Assembly (NCBI GenBank): GCA_963745075.1
Contig: CAVUWV010000036.1
Coordinates: 32,001 to 96,000, forward strand
Direction of reading: 5' to 3'
DNA length: 64,000 bases
Origin: Candidatus Hydrogenedentota bacterium
GTDB taxonomy: Bacteria > Hydrogenedentota > Hydrogenedentia > Hydrogenedentales > SLHB01
The notes below the pieces were generated by a model. The model was given only the letters and a program-made list of their open reading frames with translations, was not told the origin of the DNA and ran no database searches. How positions within the stretch are numbered: position 1 is the stretch's first letter; each line of letters begins with the position of its first letter. Below are positions 19,188-28,822 of the stretch, piece by piece. Made by a program: the position numbers and the translations under genes.

Positions 19188-20293
19188 GACGGGTTTGCTT
19201 TGCAGTCTTTGTAGCTATGGCCGGCTTGGTCGCTTATGCCCAAGCGCCGAATCTGGATTTGATGGACATTGTGTTGAAATCCGTTCCGGATGGTCCGGTG
19301 GCGCTGGTTAACAGTGAACCCATCAGTGCCCAGGAGTTTAAAGATCTCTACATGGGAGAAGTCCTTCGCTGGGCGCAACTTAACCCAGGAAAAGAGGTTA
19401 CGGACGAAGTGCGTCTCGGCATCGCGTTGAACGGTTTGCGCATGCTGATCGAACGCGAAATTCTTTACCAGGAAGCGCAGAAGCGCGAATTTACCGTATC
19501 CGACGCGGAACTGGAAGCGAAGTGGCAGGACGAACTCGACACGTTGAAGAAGTCAGGCTCCGGGGATGACGACGCGAATTTGACCGAATCGGAAATCCTG
19601 AAGCGGGCGGGCGCAACGCGCGAGGAGGCCTTGGCGGAATTGCGCAAAGCGCTGCTTATCGAGAAGGCCCGCCAAGCCATCATGAATGAAAAGGGCGTTT
19701 CCGTTTCGGATCAGGAAGTCAAGGATTGGTATGCGAAGAACAGTGACCGTACGCGCCGCCCCGACATGATGCACTTGAAGCAGATCTTTATTGAGGCTGA
19801 TAAGACTCGTAAAGACGCCCAGAAAGGTGCGAGCCAGAGCCGTGCGGAAGAGGCATACAAACGCATTCAGTCCGGACAGAGTTTCGAAGGCGTCGCCAAG
19901 GCCGTGTCCGACGGCCGGTATAAAGACGACGGGGGGGACTGGGGCACGCGACCGGTCAGCGAATTTCCCCCATTTATTGTGGAAGCCGCCAACAAATTGC
20001 AGCCGGGCGAAGTGAGCAAGCCGATCAAGAGCGAATACGGGTACCATATCCTCAAGCTTGTGGAGATTCTTCCCGGCGAGGAAGTGCCGCTGGACAAGGC
20101 GAAAGAGAATATTCGAAAAATGCTGCTGGCCAGGAAGGGCGACCAGGCCATCCGCGAGTTTACCAGCACGGTCACGGGTGACGAGAAGGCCCTCCACGTG
20201 TATCTGGATCTTGATCGGCAAATCCGCGCCAACCCGGAATTGCGCGACCAATTTACCGAAAACGAACCGGAATCACCCAAATCATCCAAGTAG
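19184..20293 (+). CDS. SurA/PrsA-like peptidyl-prolyl isomerase
   Basis: Signal peptide, VALVNSEPIS, GQSFEGVAKAVSD..GGDWG, GEVSKPIKSEYGYHILKL. Confidence 0.85.
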   Translation: MRRVCFAVFVAMAGLVAYAQAPNLDLMDIVLKSVPDGPVALVNSEPISAQEFKDLYMGEVLRWAQLNPGKEVTDEVRLGIALNGLRMLIEREILYQEAQKREFTVSDAELEAKWQDELDTLKKSGSGDDDANLTESEILKRAGATREEALAELRKALLIEKARQAIMNEKGVSVSDQEVKDWYAKNSDRTRRPDMMHLKQIFIEADKTRKDAQKGASQSRAEEAYKRIQSGQSFEGVAKAVSDGRYKDDGGDWGTRPVSEFPPFIVEAANKLQPGEVSKPIKSEYGYHILKLVEILPGEEVPLDKAKENIRKMLLARKGDQAIREFTSTVTGDEKALHVYLDLDRQIRANPELRDQFTENEPESPKSSK

Positions 20294-20522
20294 CTCCCGG
20301 CCACGGTGGCGAGGCTTCCATTCGGTCTGTGATGTCCCACACCTCCCTGCTGCGGCGCCTGGGAACGGTGTGCATGCTGTCTGGGCGGACCCGATATCTT
20401 GTATATCGCGCGCTCATTACCACCACAAATCCGTAGCTGGATGACCTGCGATTTTTGATAGCGGTTTCTGCTTGTCAAATCGTCAAATTGCTGTCACTAA
20501 ATAGCTTACAGACTGTAAATAC

Positions 20523-20551
20523 TTGACGGACAGCCTTCCGAATGGTACAAT
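20523..20551 (+). promoter_or_regulatory. Sigma70 promoter of the MshEN-DnaA-like/pil operon
   Basis: TTGACG(20523-20528)-17 nt-TACAAT(20546-20551) with extended -10 TG. Confidence 0.7.
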
Positions 20552-20628
20552 TCAGCATGCGTGGGGGGCCCGCCTCACAAGGCTGACGGCGCACGCTGCA
20601 GTTTCCGAATGACTTGGGGTGCGAGTGT

Positions 20629-22935
20629 ATGCTGAATTGGCGTAAAGACAAATCAGAAGAGGATTCTTTGGGGAAGGCCCAAGGGGCCGCCGCGCCTCCA
20701 GCATCACCATCATCCCAACCAAGTTCCGTTACCGGTCCCCCGCCATCGCGACCGCGCGTGAACGCGGGTCGGCTGGGCGAAATCCTGGTCAAAGAAGGGG
20801 TCGTCACACCGGGACAACTGGAGGAGGCGCTCCAGCAACAAAGCGGAAACGGAAGGTTCCTCGGCCAAGTCTTGGTCGAGTTGGGTTTCATCACCCAGGC
20901 GACCCTGGTGTCTTTCCTGGTCAAGCAGTGCAAGATTCCGCACATCAGCCTTGTTGACTACGTGGTCAGCGAAGATCTGTTCAAGCTGGTTCCGAAGGAA
21001 CTTTGCCTGAAACACAATTTGCTTCCCATTGATAAACTGGGGCGGATCCTGACCCTGGCCATGGTGGATCCTTTGGACGTGGAAGCGCTGGAAGAGGTCC
21101 GCAAGTCCTGTCCGGATATCAAAATCAAACCGATTCTTTGTGACTGGAACCACTTCGACAGCGTTGCGCGGAAGGTCTTTCACACGGAGGCGCGGGAAAT
21201 CCAGGAAGTCACCGCCGGGAGTTTCGGGCTTTCCGAACAGAAATCCCGCCCCAAGCCCAAAGAGCCCGACAAACAGGAACGGACCGCGGTGGATGCGGCG
21301 GTGGACGCCCTCGTCAAAGAGGCCGCAGCAACCGTCAAACGGGAGGCCAAGGCGCCTCCAAGAGCCGATGGCGGAAGCCAAAAGGCAGTCGAGTCCAGTC
21401 GGCCGGTGAAACCAGCACCGCCGTCTGCTCCGGCCACACCGGTTGAAGCCGCCGACAGTCAAGTGACGGATAGCATCCGGGCGGTGTTGCACGAGGCGTT
21501 GGCGCCCTTGCTGGCCGCCAGCGCGCGAACGGACGCACCGCCATGGGACGCCAAGGCGTTTCAATCCGGCATTCGCGATTCCCTGCAAGAGGTCATTGCA
21601 CCCCTGCTGGCCGAGCAACAGAAGCTGTCCGCAGCCCGGTCCTCGGACAGTACGCCGCCGCCGGACCCCAAAATGTGGGCGGGGCAAGTCAGCCAGGAGT
21701 TGCGGGACTCGGTATTGGCGGGGCTTGACACCATGCTTCGAGCGCAGCGCGACGAGTCGCCGCGCGGCGCGGCCATGCCGCAACCGGATGAACTGGCCCG
21801 GTTGATTCAAGGCAGCGTCGAGAAACCGCTGGCGGAGCTTGCCAGGGGCATCCACGATGCCTTGCAGGAGCGGGGGGAACAGGGTTCGAGCATCTCGCCG
21901 GAACTCTCGTCCCTTATTGGCGAGAACGTACGCAGTGTGGTCGCCGAACAAGAGAAGCGCTTGGCCGAGATGACCGAGGTGATGGTCAAGACGACGCAGG
22001 CCGCTGAAGCGGCCTTGAGAGCGATCCAGGAGGAGCGCGCACAGACCCAAGGAGCCGTCGAAAACACCACGCGTATCGCCAACCTCGAAATCTTTCCCGG
22101 TACCAGCGAAATTTCGACCGGACAATTGTCGGACGCCGGCGCGCTGGATAGTCCCGGCCTCGGCATGGAATCGGACGAGCGCGTCCGGGAAGCGGTGGAC
22201 AGCGACCGGATTTTGAACGGCTACACGTTTGACGAGTTTCTGGTCGGTCCCGCGAACACCTTCACGCTGAAAGCGGCGCGCGCGCTGGGCGAGCAACTGA
22301 CGCTGGATTTCAACCCCTTGTATGTCTGCGGAGACGAGGGTCTGGGAAAGACGCATCTGCTCAACGCGGTGGGTAATGCGTTGCTCGGGCGAAATCCCGA
22401 TTTGCGGGTGGCGTATGTGTCCACCAGCCACTTTGCCGGCGCCTTTGCGACGGCGCTGAAACACGACGAGCTTTCGGAGTTTCGGGATCGGTTTTGCCGG
22501 TGGGACGTGCTGCTGATTGACGACATCCAGTTCCTTGCCGGACGGACCGAGGCGCAGGAGGAGTTGTTTCACATTTTCAATGCCCTGGTCCATGAGGGCC
22601 GGGTTGTGGTTATCGCGGGTGACCGTTCCCCGGACAAGCTTCCGGAGTTCCAGAAGGGACTTGCGTCCCGGTTCTCGTCGGGGATCGTCACGAAATTACG
22701 GCCACCGGAGATGGATGTGCGTCTGGCCATTTTGAAGCGTTATGCCGAAATGCACCGGGTAGCCGTGCCGGAGGAGATCCTGTCGCTGGTCGCGACCCGG
22801 ATCGCCACGGACGTCCGCAAAATGCGGGGGGCGTTGCGAAAAGTCATCGCATATGCCAAACTTGTCGAGCAAGACATTACGCGCGAGATGGCTAACGAGG
22901 TACTGGATAGCCTCGGTGCCGATGACGCCGCGTAG
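20629..22935 (+). CDS. Fusion protein: MshEN/T2SSE-N domain + long linker + DnaA/Hda-type AAA+ domain (no DnaA domain IV)
   Basis: RLGEILVKEGVVTPGQLEEALQQQ MshEN motif; YTFDEFLVG..N, NPLYVCGDEGLGKTHLL, DVLLIDDIQFL, QEELFHIFN, LASRF, DVRKMRGAL; stop right after domain IIIb. Confidence 0.85.
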   Translation: MLNWRKDKSEEDSLGKAQGAAAPPASPSSQPSSVTGPPPSRPRVNAGRLGEILVKEGVVTPGQLEEALQQQSGNGRFLGQVLVELGFITQATLVSFLVKQCKIPHISLVDYVVSEDLFKLVPKELCLKHNLLPIDKLGRILTLAMVDPLDVEALEEVRKSCPDIKIKPILCDWNHFDSVARKVFHTEAREIQEVTAGSFGLSEQKSRPKPKEPDKQERTAVDAAVDALVKEAAATVKREAKAPPRADGGSQKAVESSRPVKPAPPSAPATPVEAADSQVTDSIRAVLHEALAPLLAASARTDAPPWDAKAFQSGIRDSLQEVIAPLLAEQQKLSAARSSDSTPPPDPKMWAGQVSQELRDSVLAGLDTMLRAQRDESPRGAAMPQPDELARLIQGSVEKPLAELARGIHDALQERGEQGSSISPELSSLIGENVRSVVAEQEKRLAEMTEVMVKTTQAAEAALRAIQEERAQTQGAVENTTRIANLEIFPGTSEISTGQLSDAGALDSPGLGMESDERVREAVDSDRILNGYTFDEFLVGPANTFTLKAARALGEQLTLDFNPLYVCGDEGLGKTHLLNAVGNALLGRNPDLRVAYVSTSHFAGAFATALKHDELSEFRDRFCRWDVLLIDDIQFLAGRTEAQEELFHIFNALVHEGRVVVIAGDRSPDKLPEFQKGLASRFSSGIVTKLRPPEMDVRLAILKRYAEMHRVAVPEEILSLVATRIATDVRKMRGALRKVIAYAKLVEQDITREMANEVLDSLGADDAA

Positions 22936-22951
22936 TTGGTAGGAGTGTCCT

Positions 22952-24676
22952 GTGCCGCCTAAAATAGCCAAACGCCGTTTGGGTGATGTGTTGCTGGAGC
23001 AGAGTCTCGTTACGGAGGAGCAGCTCCACGAATGCATAAACCTTCAGCGCTCGTCGGGCCAGAGCCTGGCCTCGATCCTCGTTTCCAAGGGGTATCTGGG
23101 CGAAGAGGATCTGGTTGTTACGTTGAGCGAACAGTTGGGCATCCCCCACATCCGGGTGGCCAACTACAATATTCCCCAGGAGGTGCTGAACGAGGTGCCG
23201 GAGTCGCTCGCGCGTCAGTACCAGATGCTTCCGGTATCGGTCACGGGCGACGTCCTCACGTTGGCCATGGCCGACCCCCTCAACATTATGGCGCTGGACG
23301 ACCTCCGCATGCTGACCAGCTACGAAATCGAGCCAGTGGTAGCCGTCCAGTCCGAACTGAATGATGCCATTCATAAACACTACGGCGGTCAGACCAGCTC
23401 GAACCTCTTTGACGAACTCATCGGCGGCGAAAGCAAGCAGGATGGAATCGAGGTCGTCGACGAAGAGGAGCAGATCGAAGACATCGCGCACATGCAGGCC
23501 GAGGCGCAGGATGCGCCTGTCATCCGCCTGGCGAATCTCATTCTGCTGAAAGCCCTCGAGGCCCGCGCGAGCGATATTCACATCGAGCCCTTTGAGAAGG
23601 TTTTGCGTGTGCGGTATCGCGTTGATGGTGTGCTCGAAGAGACGAAGAACCCGCCGAAGAGCGTACAGTCGGCATTGATCTCACGCTTCAAAATCATGTC
23701 GGGCCTCGATATTGCCGAACACCGTCTGCCCCAGGACGGCCGGTTCCGTACCCGGTTCAAGGGGCACGACATCGATTTCCGCGTTTCGATTCTTCCGTGC
23801 TACCACGGCGAGAAGATCGTGATGCGCGTGCTCGACAAGAGCAGCCTGACGCTGGACCTCGATGGCTTGGGCTTTGCGGTTCAGCCGATGCAGGCATTTC
23901 AAGAGGCGCTGGCCCGGCCCTTCGGGATGATTTTGCTCACCGGACCCACCGGTAGTGGTAAGACCACGACATTGTACAGCGCGCTCCATAAACTCAATAG
24001 TCCGGATACGAACATCATCACGGTTGAAGATCCCATCGAATACGAATTGTTCGGCGTCAACCAGGTTCAGGTGCGGGCGGAAATCGGCCTTTCGTTTGCG
24101 GCCGGTTTGCGCAGTATCCTGCGCCAGGACCCGGACATTATCATGGTTGGTGAGATTCGTGACGAAGACACGGCCGATATCGCCGTGAAAGCGGCACTGA
24201 CCGGTCACTTGGTGTTGAGCACGTTGCACACCAACGATGCATCCAGCGTCTTTACCCGCCTAATCGATATGGGAATGGAACCGTTCCTGGTGCAGTCCTC
24301 CGTGGCCTTGGCGGCGGCCCAGCGCCTGTTGCGCCGCGTGTGCCCCGACTGCAAAGAGAGCATTCGCGTGCCGCCGGATGTGTTGGAGCGAATTCAGTAC
24401 ACGGCGTTGCCCGACGCGCCAGCCCCGAATTTCGTGCGTGGCCGCGGCTGCGGCAAATGCAAAGACACGGGCTATCGAGGCCGTCTCGCGGTCATCGAAG
24501 CCATGACCAACTATCCCGAGTTGCAGGATTTGATCATGACGCGGAAGCCGGCCAGCGACATCAAGCGGGTGGCCGTGGATTGCGGCATGCGGACCCTGCG
24601 GCAAAATGCCCTCGAAAAAGCGGCTGAGGGCGTTACCACGATTGAGGAAGTCCTGCGCGTATCCGCGATGGACTAG
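22952..24676 (+). CDS. pilB: Type IV pilus assembly ATPase (PilB/GspE family)
   Basis: ASDIHIEP, RLPQDGR, GPTGSGKTTTLY, LRQDPDIIMVGEIRD, tetracysteine CPDC..CGKC. Confidence 0.9.
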   Translation: MPPKIAKRRLGDVLLEQSLVTEEQLHECINLQRSSGQSLASILVSKGYLGEEDLVVTLSEQLGIPHIRVANYNIPQEVLNEVPESLARQYQMLPVSVTGDVLTLAMADPLNIMALDDLRMLTSYEIEPVVAVQSELNDAIHKHYGGQTSSNLFDELIGGESKQDGIEVVDEEEQIEDIAHMQAEAQDAPVIRLANLILLKALEARASDIHIEPFEKVLRVRYRVDGVLEETKNPPKSVQSALISRFKIMSGLDIAEHRLPQDGRFRTRFKGHDIDFRVSILPCYHGEKIVMRVLDKSSLTLDLDGLGFAVQPMQAFQEALARPFGMILLTGPTGSGKTTTLYSALHKLNSPDTNIITVEDPIEYELFGVNQVQVRAEIGLSFAAGLRSILRQDPDIIMVGEIRDEDTADIAVKAALTGHLVLSTLHTNDASSVFTRLIDMGMEPFLVQSSVALAAAQRLLRRVCPDCKESIRVPPDVLERIQYTALPDAPAPNFVRGRGCGKCKDTGYRGRLAVIEAMTNYPELQDLIMTRKPASDIKRVAVDCGMRTLRQNALEKAAEGVTTIEEVLRVSAMD

Positions 24677-24701
24677 CACGATCGCGAACCGAGGGGGAAT
24701 C

Positions 24702-25775
24702 ATGGTCGATATCAGCATCAAAGAATTGCTCACCAAAACCATCGAAAAAGGCGCCAGCGATCTGCATATCGTCGTTGGTTCGCCGCCCATCATTCGGCTT
24801 AACGGCAACCTCGAGGCCATGCACGAATACCCGGTCTTCAAGCCGGACGAGACGCAGGAAATCATCTATAGCGTCATGAGCGAAGAACAGATCGCGATGT
24901 TTGAAACGGACCGCGAGTGCGACCTCTCGTTCGGGATTGAAGGACTTAGCCGGTTCCGTCTCAACGTCTACCGCGACCGGGGATCGGTGGTGGCGGCGTT
25001 TCGCGCGATCCCCTTTGAAATCCGGGGCTTTGAAGAATTGGGGCTGCCCCGGGTCGTCGCGGATTTTGCCTACCGCCCGCTGGGGCTTATCCTGGTTTGC
25101 GGCCCGACGGGTAGCGGAAAATCGACCACGCTCGCCTCGATCATCGATAAAATCAATCGCGAACGTCCCGTGCACATCATAACCATCGAGGATCCCATCG
25201 AATATCTGCACAATCACAATGTGGCTACAATCAACCAGCGGGAAGTCAACGCGGACACCAAGTCCTTTGGCGCAGCGTTGAAACGTGTGCTTCGTCAGGA
25301 TCCCGACGTGATTCTCATTGGTGAGATGCGCGATCCGGAGACAATCGCCGCTGCTTTGACCGTGGCGGAGACGGGGCACCTCGCCTTTGCCACGCTGCAC
25401 ACCAACGACGCGCTCCAGTCGATTAACCGTATCGTGGATGTGTTTCCCTCGAACCAGCAGGATCAGATTCGCACGCAGTTGTCGTTCGTGCTGGAAGGCA
25501 TCGCAGTGCAGCAGCTCATCCCGCGCGCGGACGGTATGGGGCGGGCCCTCGCCCTGGAGGTGATGCTACCCAATACGGCTATCCGTTCGCTCATCCGCGA
25601 GCAGAAGCTTCAGCAGATTCCGTCCATGATCGAGATTGGCGCGGGCGAAGGCATGATGACCATGAACCAGTCCCTCTACCGGCTCATGCGGCGCAACGTG
25701 ATTACGAGCGACATGGCGTTCAAGCGCAGTGCCGATCCGGAAGGCCTGCGGCGCCTGATGGAAAAGGGGCTGTGA
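24702..25775 (+). CDS. pilT: Type IV pilus retraction ATPase
   Basis: GPTGSGKSTTLA, LRQDPDVILIGEMRD, AETGHL, PilT signature AIRSLIRE. Confidence 0.92.
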   Translation: MVDISIKELLTKTIEKGASDLHIVVGSPPIIRLNGNLEAMHEYPVFKPDETQEIIYSVMSEEQIAMFETDRECDLSFGIEGLSRFRLNVYRDRGSVVAAFRAIPFEIRGFEELGLPRVVADFAYRPLGLILVCGPTGSGKSTTLASIIDKINRERPVHIITIEDPIEYLHNHNVATINQREVNADTKSFGAALKRVLRQDPDVILIGEMRDPETIAAALTVAETGHLAFATLHTNDALQSINRIVDVFPSNQQDQIRTQLSFVLEGIAVQQLIPRADGMGRALALEVMLPNTAIRSLIREQKLQQIPSMIEIGAGEGMMTMNQSLYRLMRRNVITSDMAFKRSADPEGLRRLMEKGL

Positions 25776-27400
25776 CCACTTCCGGCCTTCCCATTCCCGT
25801 CCGGCCATCGCTGAGCGCGTTCGGTCCGTGGCAGTTCGTCATCGGAAGCGTCCGGGTGGCGGCTGTCTGCGTCATCGCGGCGGGCACGCTTTCTTTTGGT
25901 GAATACGCGGGGAGTGAGTCGATCTATCTTTCCGCGTTCTACCTTTTCGGGCTGGTGTGCAGCGCCGGGTACCTGCTGGCGCTGCGGCGGGTGCACTACG
26001 TGACGCCCTTGTTCACCTGGGCGCAGGTGCTTGTCGATCTCGGCGTCGTCGCGGCGGCCGTCAGTTTCACCGGCGGTCTTGGCAGTCTGTACACCTTTCT
26101 GTTCGTCATCGTGGTTCTGGAAGCGGGCATACTGCTCGGACTGATCCAGGGATTTATCTTCGCAACGCTGTGCACGGGAATTATGGGGGTTCTGGTGCTC
26201 ATGCGGACAGTCCCGGCCGAGGGCCTGCCGATTGCAGAGCAATGGTACAACCAGGATCGCTATACCCTTTGGTACGGCTACCTCATCCAGGTGCTTGCTT
26301 ACTATCTTACCGCATCGATCAGCGGGTATTGGAATCAGCAACTGCACCGTCTGCAGCAATTCCAGCGGGAAATCCTGGACAACATGAACAATGGATTTCT
26401 GATCGCCGATCTCGCCGGCCGGATCACGGTGGTGAACAAGGCGGCGGAACGCATTCTCAATTTGCGGGAAGACAAAGCCATCGGCAAGCCGGTGCAGGAC
26501 ATCCTGCGCGTCGCGTCGGGCGAAGAATGCCCGGTGATTACCGCGTTGCGGTCGGAGCGTGATTTTACACGCTACGAATACACCGGTCTTGTCAATCCGG
26601 GCAAGACCATGCTTCTCGGCTTGAGCACCAGCCGCATCTACGACTGGCGCGGGCGCATGACGGGGATCATCGCGTCCTTCAGCGATCTGACGGAACTGGA
26701 GCAGATGCGGCAAGAACTCAAGCGGCAGGATCGCCTATCCATCGTAGGCGAACTGGCCGCCGGTTTGGCCCACGAGATCCGGAACCCGGTGGCAGCTATC
26801 CGCGGCGCAGTAGACGAACTTACCACGAGCCTGGATCACCCGAAAGTCGCGGAGAAACTACTCTCCATCGCGCTACGGGAATCGGACCAACTCAACGCGA
26901 TCGTCTCCGATTTTCTTGACTTTGCACGAAAACCCCGTATGCGTCGCGACATATTCGACGTGCGCGGGCTCATAGATGAAGTAACCGATTTCATGCAACG
27001 GAAATGCGAGGGGAACACGGAATTCTCGATCGAAACAGAGATTCCTGATGCGATCTGCCCTGTGTCCGGCGACCGGTCTCAGATCCGTCAAGTCTTTGTG
27101 AATCTCGCGAAGAACGCCGCGGAAGCCATGGACGAGCGGGGGCGTCTCCTCATCGCGGTTGTCCTGGGACCGTCCTCCGTCGAGGTCCGTTTCGATGACG
27201 AGGGACCGGGTATCGATCCCGACAAGGTTGCGCGCATATTCGAGCCTTTCTATACTACGAAGGACACCGGTGTTGGCATGGGGTTGGCTATCTGTCTTCG
27301 GATAGTCTCTGCCCACGACGGCACCATCCGGGCCGCGTCGCGCGAAGGAGGCGGCGCGACGATGAGCGTGAGGCTCCCCAGAGCGGGAACGGAGGAATAA
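25772..27400 (+). CDS. pilS: PilS-like membrane sensor histidine kinase (TM-PAS-HisKA-HATPase)
   Basis: Multi-TM N-terminus with TGG.S, LAHEIRNP, FEPFYTTK..GVGMGL; lies between pilT and the sigma54 regulator. Confidence 0.8.
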   Translation: MTTSGLPIPVRPSLSAFGPWQFVIGSVRVAAVCVIAAGTLSFGEYAGSESIYLSAFYLFGLVCSAGYLLALRRVHYVTPLFTWAQVLVDLGVVAAAVSFTGGLGSLYTFLFVIVVLEAGILLGLIQGFIFATLCTGIMGVLVLMRTVPAEGLPIAEQWYNQDRYTLWYGYLIQVLAYYLTASISGYWNQQLHRLQQFQREILDNMNNGFLIADLAGRITVVNKAAERILNLREDKAIGKPVQDILRVASGEECPVITALRSERDFTRYEYTGLVNPGKTMLLGLSTSRIYDWRGRMTGIIASFSDLTELEQMRQELKRQDRLSIVGELAAGLAHEIRNPVAAIRGAVDELTTSLDHPKVAEKLLSIALRESDQLNAIVSDFLDFARKPRMRRDIFDVRGLIDEVTDFMQRKCEGNTEFSIETEIPDAICPVSGDRSQIRQVFVNLAKNAAEAMDERGRLLIAVVLGPSSVEVRFDDEGPGIDPDKVARIFEPFYTTKDTGVGMGLAICLRIVSAHDGTIRAASREGGGATMSVRLPRAGTEE

Positions 27401-27406
27401 CACGGA

Positions 27407-28798
27407 GTGGCTGTCCAACACCGAATCCTCGTGGTAGACGACGAGTCGGGCATGCGCGAACTGCTGGAAATCGTGCTCGCCAAAGACGGGTACGACGTGG
27501 TAACGGCTTCCAACGTCGATGATGCCCAGAGACTTCTCGAGGACCAGAGTTTTGACGTGGTGCTGACCGATCTCCGCATGGGCAGCGACCGCGACGCCGG
27601 GATGACGCTTCTCACGTGGTTGAATGAAAACAGCCCGTCCACACCATCGATCATGATGACGGCGTACGGTTCCGTGGAAACGGCCATCGAGGCCATGAAG
27701 CGGGGCGCGGCCGACTACATCATGAAGCCGTTCAAGAATGAGGAAGTCCGCATTCTTATTCAGCGGGCGATCGAGCAGACGCGAATCAAACGCGAAAACA
27801 TCGCGTTGCGAAAAGAACAGGCCAAGCGCGGCAACCTCGACAACATCATCGGCAAAAGCAAGCCCACCGAAGAATTGCGCGAGATGATTCGCCGCGTTGC
27901 GGATTTACCCAGCACGGTCGCCATCCACGGCGAGAGCGGAACCGGCAAGGAACTCGTTGCGCGGGGCATCCATCAATTGAGCAGCCGCACCGGCAAACCG
28001 TTCGTGGCCGTCAATTGCGGCGGATTCCCCGAGAATCTGTTGGAAAGCGAGCTGTTTGGCCACAAGAAGGGGTCGTTCACGGGCGCCTATGAAGACAAAG
28101 AAGGGCTGTTTGTGGTAGCCGATGGCGGTTCACTGTTCCTCGACGAGATTGGCGAAATGCCCATGGCCCTGCAAGTGAAACTGCTCCGCGTGTTGGACAA
28201 CAGTATCGTCCATCCAGTCGGCGGCACGGTGGGAAAGAAGGTCGACGTCCGGATTATTTCCGCGACGAACCGCGACCTCGCCGCCATGGCTCAGGAAGGT
28301 TCATTTCGGGAAGACTTGTACTATCGGCTCAACGTCATCCCCATAACCGTGCCGCCCTTGCGGGAGCGCGCCGATGACATCCCTCTGTTGATCCGGCATT
28401 TTGTGCGGGTCCACGGCGAGAAGATGAATCGCGGTGAATTGCAGGTTTCCAACGACGTCGAGGATCTATTGGGGGGCTATCCCTGGCCGGGGAATGTGCG
28501 CGAGCTGACCAATCTGCTCGAGCGGGCCGTGGCGCTGTGCCGGGGCGACGTTATCGAGATTGGCGACCTTCCCCCGAATATCCGCGATCACGTGGCTACT
28601 CCGGGAGAAACCGCCAAGAAATTGCCTCAAGGCGGTCTCGATCTGGAGGAGTACGTGGCCGAAATCGAAACCAGCCTCATCAAACAGGCGCTCCAAAGTA
28701 CCAAGTATTCCCAGAAACGGGCCGCCAATCTTCTGGGGCTCACCGCGCGGTCGCTACGCTATCGGTTGAAGAAGTACGGGCTGGCCGACGACGACTGA
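27407..28798 (+). CDS. pilR: PilR-like sigma54-dependent response regulator
   Basis: REC domain, GESGTGKE, ESELFGHKKGSFTGA, WPGNVREL, Fis-type HTH RSLRYRLKK. Confidence 0.82.
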   Translation: MAVQHRILVVDDESGMRELLEIVLAKDGYDVVTASNVDDAQRLLEDQSFDVVLTDLRMGSDRDAGMTLLTWLNENSPSTPSIMMTAYGSVETAIEAMKRGAADYIMKPFKNEEVRILIQRAIEQTRIKRENIALRKEQAKRGNLDNIIGKSKPTEELREMIRRVADLPSTVAIHGESGTGKELVARGIHQLSSRTGKPFVAVNCGGFPENLLESELFGHKKGSFTGAYEDKEGLFVVADGGSLFLDEIGEMPMALQVKLLRVLDNSIVHPVGGTVGKKVDVRIISATNRDLAAMAQEGSFREDLYYRLNVIPITVPPLRERADDIPLLIRHFVRVHGEKMNRGELQVSNDVEDLLGGYPWPGNVRELTNLLERAVALCRGDVIEIGDLPPNIRDHVATPGETAKKLPQGGLDLEEYVAEIETSLIKQALQSTKYSQKRAANLLGLTARSLRYRLKKYGLADDD

Positions 28799-28822
28799 TA
28801 GACTCGCGTCGTTCGTTGCAGA

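Noticed and set aside
20552..20628. c-di-GMP riboswitch in the pil operon leader
   Set aside because: The GEMM consensus elements are absent and the leader is short
22070..22100. NLEIF as an Hda-type beta-clamp-binding motif
   Set aside because: It lacks the conserved Gln of QLxLF and is too weak to claim without ortholog conservation
20710..22593. Long antisense ORFs (also 12593-13750, 45373-47016, 57905-59377 and others)
   Set aside because: Shadow frames of GC-rich genes with no protein motifs
20629..22935. Calling this gene dnaA and the region oriC
   Set aside because: It has no domain I or IV, no dnaN/recF/gyrB neighbours, and I saw no cluster of TTATCCACA boxes
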